A DNA stretch of 62,906 nucleotides, counting the filler, from Globobulimina sp. (lineage: Eukaryota), in assembly GCA_003354225.1 (NCBI GenBank). It is 17 parts of 17 records of this genome, joined end to end, with 100 filler letters (N's around TTAATTAATTAA, not from the genome) between each part and the next. Parts side by side here need not be neighbours in the genome. Positions count along the whole stretch, not along the records: positions 1 to 3,609 come from PIVH01002406.1; positions 3,710 to 7,318 come from PIVH01002407.1; positions 7,419 to 11,026 come from PIVH01002408.1; 14 more parts are not named here. One strand, 5' to 3'. Positions 1-11,126 of this stretch are shown here, piece after piece (the stretch's first letter is position 1; the number at the start of each line of letters is the position of its first letter). A program made the position numbers and the translations under genes. The notes beneath the pieces were generated by a model. That model did no database searches. It worked only from the letters and a program-made list of their open reading frames with translations, and had not been told where the DNA came from.

Positions 1-119
1 AATAAAGAACTGGGAACAATCATGTTTGTGGATTTAGATGATGCAAAAGCCAGCAATAAAATTAATAATGATCCAAATGTTGTGGAATCACCATTATTGA
101 CCATGTTATTGCGTGCAGT
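1..119. repeat. 119-bp direct repeat, identical to 3491..3609 (terminal overlap of contig 1)
   Basis: aataaagaactgggaac...ttattgcgtgcagt occurs at 1..119 and again at 3491..3609. Confidence 0.97.
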
Positions 120-394
120 TTTCAACAAAAAGAAATCAAGGGTTAGAAGATAACTAATTTAAATTTATGTCTATACTCTATAATATTATGTATTTTTATA
201 TAGTACATTGTTTTTTAAAATCCGTAAATTTGTAATTTATTTTGTTAGGAGATGATATTTTAAAATTAAAAAAAAAAACACGTCATTCTAAAGTTTTAGA
301 ACAAAACTGCTTTGGCAAAATTAAATTAAATCAAGACGTAAATCCGATTCCAGACTCACAGATTGCTGTAAAGTGTAAACTCATCAGTGGATCA

Positions 395-832
395 ATGGAC
401 AAATTGATACAATTCCGTTCATACATTTCAGAATTGTCTCCAGAAGAATATAATACATTCATCGAATCATTAGACAGGGAATTTTTATCAACTGCAATAT
501 TTGATCATTTTGGTGTGCATTTACGACGAACTAATGACCCCACAAAAATTGAACAATTCAATAATAAATTATAAATAATTATTGAAGATAAAAATATGTC
601 CATCAAAGCATCATCAGTGCTTGACACAATATCAGATTCATTGACGAATAAAATGTTTCAATATTTAGATACCAAATCATATTTACATTTTGAAAGATGC
701 AGCAGATCATTATTTATTACAGCTAGCAATCCCTCTCAAATATCGCACTTTAATTTGGCATCATACGTTTCATATTGTAAAAGAAATGATTTATTCGTTG
801 ATATTATTACATTTTCAGTTTTTATAACATAG
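395..832 (+). pseudogene. F-box-like protein, interrupted by an in-frame TAA and truncated
   Basis: ORFs 242..574 and 596..832 are in the same frame, separated only by TAA at 572-574. The motif LDTISDSLTNKMFQYLDTKSYLHFERCSRSLF resembles an F-box. Confidence 0.45.
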
Positions 833-1651
833 TGCGGAGCAACAACCACTGAGAAATTGTTCCGCTTTGACTGGATCATCACTGTGTTCTTCACCACCTT
901 TTAAATTATATTTCTTCCTGGAAAACGCATGAATTTGTTTGTCATGTTATATTTAACATACTTTTTCAACGGTTCTGGTGTTATGTCCACCATCCCAGAT
1001 ACAACGTGATCGACTTGCTGTTGTGATGATGTATGTGCCATTATTTATTATCATGCAACTGTGTCCGTGTATAATTTCTTTATTCTATAATTATTTTACT
1101 ATTTCATAATTAAATCTATTAATATAGTAAATTATTTCATAATTTCATAATTAAACAAACCACCATATGCATCGTTTTATATAAATAATGTCCATTTTAC
1201 CGATTTCACGTTTGGTCCTTCTATACAAACAAAAGCAAATTTATTTATATTTTTTGTAAGAAATGATTTATACCAATAACATTTAACAAAGTTACAAATA
1301 TCAGTTCATGATGAATTTTCTTTCTGTAAATCTTGATATTGATATCCAAAAACAGCACCATAATCCCATTTAAATTCAGGTAATATATGTTTTAATGGCT
1401 AGTTGGTTGTCATTGCATATCAATATTTCCATTGGAATTTCCCAACGCCATATGCATGTCAATGATAATTCATCGTAGATTCATAATTAAATTATGAAAA
1501 ATAATAAATATAGAAATACTATGATAATTATTCGCTAAATTTGTGACACATCGCTAAACTAATTCTACAAAGACTGCAACATCAACGACACCAAAACTGC
1601 ACAACAATTACCACATTCAGATTACCACCAATCAAATAATTGAAATAAACA

Positions 1652-3609
1652 ATGATACGACCGCACAAAATCCGATCAAGAGAGAAATCTAATTTTGTGA
1701 GCAAAGCATTTAACAATCTTACGCGAGGTGTCACAGCACGTAATAAGAAAAGCGATGACCGTTTCGATTACAAAAAAGGTAAAAGAGGTAATACAAAGAA
1801 AACATTGTGCATCTTGTTATTAGTGATTTGTGTAACAATATTTTCTGTTGGAATGATTATTTCGTATACAATGGGTTTCGGAAAACAGATTGCATCCGAT
1901 CGGGATTTAAATAAAGTAGTACAACTGTTACGTAAATGGGAATCAACAAAGATATTTTCCGTAGCGGTGCGTGGCAAAGATGAATATCCAAAAAAACTGA
2001 GTGAGGAACTTTGGCTCTTACTACATAATCACTGTGAGTTACCTCACGCATTTAGAGAGGAAATGTTAGCTTCACATGGGACATCTACATTTATATCCAA
2101 TGTGCATAGTCTTATTGAATCGTTAGCTGCAAGGAAACATTTACCTGATTTCGATCCAGGAACAGTTGTCTTGAGAAAAGATGGTACAATGATAAATTTA
2201 GAACCATTGACACAAAAAAGTATTGGGAGAAAAGGAGTTGATTGGACTGATAAGTGTATTCTGCTCAAATCCATCTATAAACAGTCCAAAGCTCTGGATT
2301 TAAACAGACAGAGAGAAAATAATTATTTCGATGTTACCAACAAACAACAATGGGAAAAAAATAAAGTCAGAGCATTTGTTAACAATAAGCATTTAGACGA
2401 AGATGTTTGGAGTTTGTTGAAACATATCAGAAACAATGATGGAAGAAGAGAAAGTGGCAGTTTTTTGAAGGAGACATTCCAACTCTCTCAACACTTACTG
2501 CAAAAACATTGTAAAGCCGCTGTTAAATTTGCTGAACAACATGGCAACAATGAAGAAGGCTTTGATGGTACTTTGAATATTGATATGTTGATGGCATTCA
2601 TTGCTAGCGGTGCTGACATTGAATTTCCAGATGATTTCATGATAGTTATTGATAAAAATGGAGAGTTAGCAGGAATTCAACGAGCAACTATGCCGTCAGA
2701 AGAGGAGCAGCTATTATCTGTGGATTACATGACGTGTCCTTTCATTGATAAAGTTGTATACTACAAAAATGGCAAATTAGCAGAACAAGTGACTGATGCA
2801 CTGGATGCATTGAGAGATTATAATATCTATGCGTTTGAAAGCAAAATGGATATTTTAATGCAACAAGAATGCAGCAATGTGTTTAGAAAATTGAGAGGTC
2901 ATACTTATGATGCAATATTCCGTGGGAACTTATTAAGTTTTTCCACTAAAATTATTAGGAATGAATACATTTCCGAAGAGCCGTACATGATTAGTTTACA
3001 AGGTGGAATATTGCAGTATCATGAGATCAAAAAAGATAAACTGTTCGATATGAATCAAGTATTTAAATGTAGTTTGATTACAGAAATTGCTAAACACGGA
3101 CAGCAAATCGATGATTCCTCAGAAATTATTGAGAAAGAATTTGATCCATTGGCGGATACAAAAGATAATCGCATATTGAATGAAGAAATGAAACATGTCG
3201 AACAGGAAGAAAAAGAACAAAGAAATGGTGAAGATTTAAATGATATCAAGCAGCGTTTTAAAGCAATTACGTTGGATGCAAATATAATTTTAGAGCATGC
3301 TTTAAACAAAAAAAAAATAAATTTCAGGAGAGTATTAAGAAAGATTTTAGATTTGTATCACAGCACAGATTTTAATGAAATGAATGCTGAGAAAGTGGAA
3401 AAATTATTGAACGAAATTGAGCAGTTAATATTTTTCTTCATCAAAGACGATTTCAAAATGCCTGATAAAATCAATATTGTTGTTGATATCAATAAAGAAC
3501 TGGGAACAATCATGTTTGTGGATTTAGATGATGCAAAAGCCAGCAATAAAATTAATAATGATCCAAATGTTGTGGAATCACCATTATTGACCATGTTATT
3601 GCGTGCAGT
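1652..3609 (+). CDS. Type II membrane protein of unknown function with about 4 divergent internal repeats; continues across the contig overlap into 120..153 (663 aa total)
   Basis: Long ORF with a basic N-terminus followed by one TM helix (LCILLLVICVTIFSVGMIISY). Joining via the 119-bp overlap gives ...LLRAVFNKKKSRVRR* with TAA at 151-153. Confidence 0.8.
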
Positions 3610-3709
3610 NNNNNNNNNNNNNNNNNNNNNNNNNNNNNNNNNNNNNNNNNNNNTTAATTAATTAANNNNNNNNNNNNNNNNNNNNNNNNNNNNNNNNNNN
3701 NNNNNNNNN
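3610..3709. other. Artificial contig spacer N44-TTAATTAATTAA-N44. Also at 7319, 11027, 14735, 18443, 22151, 25858, 29565, 33272, 36978, 40684, 44388, 48092, 51796, 55500 and 59204
   Basis: Identical 100-bp spacer with stops in all six frames, 16 copies, separating contigs of 3609-3603 bp. Confidence 0.99.
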
Positions 3710-4446
3710 TGAATGAGGAATTATTAAATAAATTGAGGGAACTTTGTGTAATGTTTATTGGCACTAAAAATTATCATAATTTTACGCGAAAAACGCATCC
3801 AAAGCAGGACAAAGCAAAGCGATTTATGCATTCCATTGATGTCATGACAAATGACGATTTGATTGTGGATAATGTCCAATATTTACAATTTGAGATTCAC
3901 GGAAGTTCATTTTTATATCATCAAATTCGAAAAATGATTGGTTTGTTGGTCACTTTAATGAGAAATATAAAATATGAATATGGTGAATGTCATGTCGACG
4001 TCAGTGATGGTAAAAAATTAGAATTAGAAGAAATTGCTTTTAGTTACAATTATAAAATGGCAATTCCTTTAGCTCCATCACAGGGATTATACTTAAAAGC
4101 AGTTCATTTCGATGAATATAATGAAAAATGTATCCGTGATGGACATGACTGGAAACAATTAAAATTCGAAAAATATGAAAATGGCACAAATAAATTTATA
4201 ATCGAGAAAATTATACCTTCCATTACAAGCTATGAAATAAATGAAGCCAATCCATTGCAAGCTAATCAGTTTGCATTTTGGTTATTTTTATTGGAAAATG
4301 AATTTAAATTTGAGATTGTTCAAATTACAAAAGAATTACTTCGAAAATTAAAAGATAAAGGAATTCAATATGTCACTGCTGGCAATAAAAACGAATCCAT
4401 TGATACTTTCTATAAAAAAATGATTGACAATAAAATCACAAATTAA
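3710..4446 (+). CDS. tRNA pseudouridine synthase TruA/PUS1 family, C-terminal part (5' truncated)
   Basis: Motifs GTKNYHNFT, IHGSSFLYHQIRKMIG and PLAPSQGLYL are typical of TruA-family C-terminal domains. Confidence 0.9.
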
Positions 4447-4696
4447 CTCAATCTTAATCACTAACTTACTATTTTGTTTTTTTGTTTTGTTTGATTTAAT
4501 ACTTTTTTAGCAAGGAAGAAACGAATATGCTGAGTCGATCATTTTTTTAGCCTTACCTGAAAATGGCAATGTTTAACAGACAATTTTAATGAACAAAGAG
4601 AGTAGAGTTTGAAAATGGACATCATGGTACTTCATATAAGTATTTTTCATTTAATCCATCATTTCTGTATTAACCATAATATAATATAAATCAAGG

Positions 4697-5831
4697 ATGG
4701 GTAGCGGTATATAATCAGCAATCAAATACATTTATATGTAAAACATGGAAAAAAGAAACCTTTCAATTGACATTATCTGAGACACAAACTGCAATAAAAC
4801 GATACAATACAAACAGAGAATTAATACCAAAATCAAAATTAAATCAGCAAGCAATCGTTGAATTTAATGACAAAAATAACGATGCGCTCATTAAACAATG
4901 TGAACTAAACTGGATGGCACAACATCAACCATTGATTTTTAATAAAAAACAAATAATTATTGATTTAGGTCAAGTTGAAGCAGACTTACTCTTTCAGCAA
5001 ATACAAAATTTTGAAAATAAATTTCAAAATAAATTCAATAAAGATATATTTGGTGCCCTTGCATGGAATGGTTGTATTTCTCGGTGGAATCTCTTCATCA
5101 AATTCTTGAATGATAAATATTCAGCAAACTATGGTATAAATGCTGAAGAAAAGGGAAACAATGACAATAATTCCACATTAAAAGATGCGAGAGACGCTTT
5201 ATATGAATTTGGAAAGACTTTAGGCCGCGTCATATCTTATAGAGCTTTGGCATTAACACAATCTGAGTTTGAAAGCATCAAAGAATTGAATGAAATCGTA
5301 CCGACTGGACAGTTACGAGCATCTTTAAAAGAAATGAAAGATATCGTCGATAGGCATGGTGTGACCAGAATAACTGTGGCAAGATTATACATATCACATT
5401 TATCAGCATGGATAGGATTGGATCCATCATTATCATTACATGATGACTGTGAGACTGCTCTATGCATAGCACAAACATATATGAATGAAAAAAATAAGAA
5501 ATATGTATATTTATTTGAAATGGATGTAGCTAAAATTATGTGCATCGGTTTTAAAGTGGTTGATGTACAACATGAATAAGGTTTGGTGGATGAAACATTT
5601 GCAAATAAAAAAAATCGGAAAAAAGGGAAACAAAGCGATCGCTGGTTTGGGCACAATGGTGTTTGGTTTGATGCGTATGATCCACGAACAGAAAGGCAAT
5701 TATTATTTTCGATCCCGTTTTTCAAACAAAGATGTAGAAAAATTACAGTTTTAAAAAAAAACGTAGAATTATTAAAGAAAATTGAACCGTTTAAAATAAA
5801 ACAACAAGCTTTAAAAGATACTTGCGAATGA
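4697..5831 (+). CDS. Hypothetical protein (probable short first intron; in-frame TAA at 5577-5579 or a 33-nt intron)
   Basis: ORFs 4767..5579 and 5583..5831 share a frame. An upstream ATGGGTAGCG|GTAT start is at 4697. Confidence 0.5.
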
Positions 5832-6137
5832 AATGAAAATGAATAAATACACACAGTGCTAATTAATATTTTTGCTAAAATTTAATGTTCAAATCCGTAA
5901 AATCGAATTTATCCATTTACTGGTAAAGAAAAATCGGATTTATCCATTTATATTTGTTTTCTTGGTTTGCAATACCACATTTCTTACAAATTTGAATTAA
6001 GCAAATCAACAAATGAACACAAAAAGTAAACAAAATACATTATATAATTTATAAATATGTAAACAAAAAAAAAGTCAACAATTATATATTCCTATATTAA
6101 TATTATTTATATAATTGTCATATTATTCTAATATTAG

Positions 6138-7318
6138 TTATTGCGGTGTTGCTGCTTTGGCAATTTTCATTTTACTAACTCTCTTTTGATATTTATGTAT
6201 TTTCTGCAGATTGTTTGTTGAATACACTCCACATTTTGCAAAAATATTAAATGATTCAAATATATCATCCATATTTGTTGGCAGACTGTTACTTCGGGCA
6301 TGATGCATTAAATTTAATTCATGACACGTCCCAATAACAATATTACTCTCTATACCAAACACCACTGCATTCCTTTTATCATCATCCTCATCCTCAAAAC
6401 CCGACAATATGCTAAAACCTGCATCATCATCATCATCAGCAGCAGCATCATCATATTGCTCTACATTCGTATCCCTTTAATACAGACACAGTGACAACAA
6501 TTAACACTAAATAACAATGCAAACACATAACATACCGCGTATCATTAATTGCAGTCTCATCATTGTCCACTAATGGCGTCACATTAAAATGCAATGGCAA
6601 AGGTGATGCGGGTTGGGGCTCCGGTGTTGAATCATCCATATTATGATACATTGATTTAATATGACCAGTATTTGACAATGATATGGATGATAGGCGAGAT
6701 AATACAGATAATGCACGCAATTTGTTACTATTATCCGTCGAAAGCATTGGTGCGACTGATTTCTTTTTTTTTCCGTGTACTTTGGATTGTAATTTGTTGC
6801 TCGAAGAAATTGGATCGGAATACGCCGACACTAAAAATATTGGTTTTATATCATTATACATGTAGATGTCCAGAGATTTACTGTCTTTATCCTTTTTTAA
6901 TCCTAATTTGGGGGCACTGTTAATACTGCTATCAATGTTTGAGTCATCAGACTCTGTAGATATTGTATTTAGATCCAATTTTGTATCATGATCGTGCACT
7001 GGTTCTGAATGTGTCCGATGCAATGCCTCTGTTTTATTATTGTTGTACAAGTCGCAAAGAGATTGACTATTAACTCTCTCTCTGGTCTGCTTGGATTTAT
7101 TTTGTTTGCTTCTTACTACAATTTCGATAAATTCATCTGTTGTTATTGTTTCTTTATTGTTATCGGATAACACATTTGAAAAACAAATACGTTTACAATT
7201 TTGTAATTTTTGTTGCATATATAACCGATTTCTAGCAAAATTCATTGCCGATATAAAACTTGAACTTGAACATAAAATTGGTAAATAATAAATTATACTC
7301 ACATTATAAATAATCATA
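6138..7318 (-). CDS. Hypothetical Ser/Asp-rich protein, spliced, probably 5' truncated
   Basis: Adjacent minus-strand ORFs 6451..7317 and 6138..6407, with an intron-like GT..AG segment near 6460-6535. Confidence 0.5.
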
Positions 7319-7418
7319 NNNNNNNNNNNNNNNNNNNNNNNNNNNNNNNNNNNNNNNNNNNNTTAATTAATTAANNNNNNNNNNNNNNNNNNNNNNNNNN
7401 NNNNNNNNNNNNNNNNNN

Positions 7419-8673
7419 CGGCCCAGTTATCTTCGATGATTAAGGCAGAGATAAATTGATACAAACTCTTTTTCAAATCGCTTAAATCTGTGCGATTGTG
7501 ATAGAGATGCAAGCCGTAATAAAAGTGGATCTCAAAGTAATTATTCTTATTATGTTTGAGTAGCTCAGTAAATATGTCCTTGGCCACTCTCATTTTCTTC
7601 AATCCCAATTGCAACGACAACAAATATCCATACACACTCTGCAAATATATATAGCTGAAGGAGGTGTACATAGTGTCCGTGTCCATGGCGTCTGCGTCTG
7701 CGTCGGCGTCGCCTTCCGGGTATTTATTTAACAGTAATTCGTAAGCGATATTATAATATTTTAGAGCTTCTTTGTATTTTTTATTATGAATCAGATATAA
7801 GATATAATCCACGCGATAGCCGACGTCCTTTGGTTTCAATTGGATGGAGTGATTGAGATATTTTTTGCTTTGGCTATATTGTTCCAGTTCGGATTGGATT
7901 CTTCCATATAACCAATATACATTTTCGCCGTGGCATTGGCCATTGCTATGTGTATTTGAGTTGATATTGATATCGATGTTGAGGCAATATTTGAGCTGTG
8001 ACAGTGCCGCCGGATATTTCTGAGACAGCCACAGCAAATACGAGTATTCGTAGCGAATGAAGGGATTATTCGGATGCTGTTCCAAGCCGTATTCATAGAC
8101 ATGTTCGGCCTGTTGGTAGCGCTCTAATCGCCGCAGAATCCGGGCGTAATATCGGATGTGTTTATCATTGCTCTGTTCCAATTGCAAGGCGACTCTGTAA
8201 TGCCTTTCTGCAGATTCGTAATTATTAAATCCCGTTTCATAAATAAATCCACAATAAAAATGATACAAAGGCTCAAAATTAAAAGCTTGTAAATCTAGTA
8301 TTTTTTTGCAAGTCGCTAGTGCTAAAATCCATTCTTCGCATTCCATTTCTTGCTCCAACTCATTGCGTAATATCCGTGCCTTATTTGACTTCTTTTTCCA
8401 ATGTAAATGTTGAGACAAATTACGGGATAATTTGCGTTTAACTGCGGGATTTGTTATATCACTCTTATTATCATCATCGTCCTCGTCCTCATCATCAATA
8501 TCACGGTCATCACATCCGACCGAGGATTTATATGATATAATATCATGTCTATGCAGTTTATGAGCGTCTAATTTTTTTATTTCTTCATTAATATCATTTT
8601 CTTCAATTTCATAACTCTCTACACTCCATGTTGCGGACTGTGAATTTGAATTTGAATAAGAAACTGTTGACAT
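7419..8673 (-). CDS. TPR-repeat protein (3' truncated)
   Basis: Repeated TPR-like helices (AERHYRVALQLE, AEHVYEYGLEQHPNNP, LNHSIQLKPKD, ALKYYNIAYEL). Confidence 0.8.
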
Positions 8674-8738
8674 TTAATTATAATACTTGAGTAAGTTCAG
8701 TTGAGGATTTTTCTGATAAAAAAAACTATTAATAAGTA

Positions 8739-11026
8739 ATGTTATCGTTGTCGTTGTCGTTGTCTGTAATTTTGATTTCATTTTCATTGTTATCATTACA
8801 AGTTGATGCAAATTGTAATCTATTCGACGTCGACGAAGACGGATCAAAGTCAAACCGACCGAGGTATATTGACAGTGAATCAGAAAGCAGTCTCTTGAGA
8901 ATGTGTAAAAAGAAGAGTGAGTCTCAGTCATTATGGGAGAAATATCAATGTGAATATAATGAAAATAGATATGGTATTAAGACATGTTGGGCGCAAAGAA
9001 GAATGAGTCACTGTGAACCTGGTAATCTTTTGGGTGTAATCGTTTTGTATCCCGGCTTTTCGGCGTGTCCTAATTATTATAATGAGATTGCTAAACTATT
9101 ACAAGCAAAGTGTTGGCATGTTTATCAACCGGGAATTGTTGGTCATGGTTATAATTATTGCTTGAATGACACCTCTTGTTCGGGTGGAAAATATAACATA
9201 ACCAAGCTACCAATCTCACGGCAAGGCTATGTCGATTATGTGTCGATGATGATTGATATTATAAATGACCAAGTATCCATTGTTAAACAATGCGAATTGA
9301 AAGCAAATAGCTTGTATGATATGAATAATTTGCAAGTAGCGGTTGGTGGTTTATCATTTGGCGCAAACTTAGCAGCTGCCACTGTTTTGTTTTCTGGCCC
9401 AAATTCTGTATTTACTAAACAACTTTTACTGTCTCCGTCATTTATTGGCGATATCGGTTCCATTGTAGGTCTTTCGTGGTGGGATAAAAATTTTAAGATT
9501 TATGGCTGTTTTTTAGATAAATCTAAACATCAAAGTATTTGGCAATGTCTATCAAAATATTTATCTGATCATGATCATGATTATGATTCTAATAATAATA
9601 ATAATATAATGACATTTCTAATTAGTTTATCACAGATCGGTGTCGGTGTCGATGTGGATGCAGTGAGCAGCGGCTATGAATCATCTCTAATAATAGGCCA
9701 CCTTTTGGCGGATTGGATGACTCAAAGTTCAACAGCTGCAGATATTGAATTGATACAAGATCTCTTAAATTCAGAGATATTATGGGACGAATATGCTGCA
9801 GATAGTGGCTGTCGATTTGATGTTCTATATAGAGATCGTGGCGGTTTTTGTCAATTTCCTGTGCGCCAATTCGTTGCTATGCTGGCATTTAATTATTATA
9901 TGATGCAATTACTAGTTGATATGGATAATATTAATATTAATAAAGGCGTGGAAACATTATTGATATCCACTGAAAGGGATGGCCAATTTGTGAGTGGTTT
10001 CTCTGTTGATTATTTACGACTATTTTATGGCAGTAATGATGTGTTGCGGGAGAAGAGTCGTAATTGTGTGTGGTTAGTTGCAGATGAATGTAAAGTAGAC
10101 ACTTTTTCAGGTGTTATTGAGAGTGACTGTGGTGTGCCACATGCATTTATTTCTGTGGTCGGCAACGTAGGTTTTAATCCTTATTATTTGTATTGGAAAG
10201 AAACAGCATATAATGGAATAACTGCATGGCTCAATAATGATATAGATATCGATGGTAGTAAAGGTAAAGATTTTCTGGTTTCAGGATTGCAGAACTGGGA
10301 TGGTTCTCGACATCAATGTGTTGAGTTGGATTTATTACATCCTCCGCAAACTTTATTATATACAAATAATAATATACGTGATACACTGAAGAAATTTCAG
10401 AACATTGATGTGGATAAATTGCTTGGTATTAACCGTATTAATAATATTAATAATATAAATAATATAAATAAGATTGCAATAAATAGCATAGATATGTCGG
10501 TCAATATTCTGACATTATTGAAAGTCATACAGTTACAGTTCCAAAATGACGCATATGATATTGGTGATATTCAGGACAAACATATAAAAGATTGTGTTGC
10601 AAACAATTATAAAGTTAGCGATTGGTTATGGAAATTATTTGACATTAAACTAAATTCTTCAGATTCAGATTCAGAGCGGGAGAAATTGACTAATTTTACA
10701 AACACATTTACAGAGATTAGCCATTTGTATCATAAATGTTTTGATGTTGATATGGATATCGATTCAATGACAGATTTATCGCATTTTTTTAATGTAATTT
10801 TAGATGAATTATTAGATGATAATGACAATGAAAATCAATTTTTGAATGATTTTAAAGGTTTGGCACAACAAATATTGAAAATTGTTTTCCGAATACAAGA
10901 ATTTAATGATTTGAATGAGAAACAAAAGAAACAAAAAGTATTATTTATTGGTGATCCGGGTACCGGTAATTATGATGCAGAGAAACATTTGATCGTAATT
11001 GCATCAATTAGTCTTAATTTTATATT
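8739..11026 (+). CDS. Secreted alpha/beta-hydrolase-like protein (3' truncated)
   Basis: Signal peptide; YPGFS oxyanion-like motif; VGHG; GLSFG nucleophile elbow (GxSxG); candidate Asp (ERDG) and His (VPHA). Confidence 0.65.
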
Positions 11027-11126
11027 NNNNNNNNNNNNNNNNNNNNNNNNNNNNNNNNNNNNNNNNNNNNTTAATTAATTAANNNNNNNNNNNNNNNNNN
11101 NNNNNNNNNNNNNNNNNNNNNNNNNN

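Noticed and set aside
830-1490. Minus-strand genes or a Rep in the circular contig
   Set aside because: Only short frames broken by several stops are present, and no HUH/Rep or capsid motifs were recognised.
3654-3665. Recurrent TTAATTAATTAA as a biological motif
   Set aside because: It is always centred in N runs; it is an artificial six-frame-stop linker.
572-5579. Alternative genetic code (TAA as a sense codon)
   Set aside because: Many long ORFs have no internal TAA, and conserved genes (Sec24, the permease) end in TAA.
10940-10975. P-loop in VLFIGDPGTGN
   Set aside because: It lacks the GK(S/T) lysine and the contig ends shortly after, so an NTPase cannot be supported.
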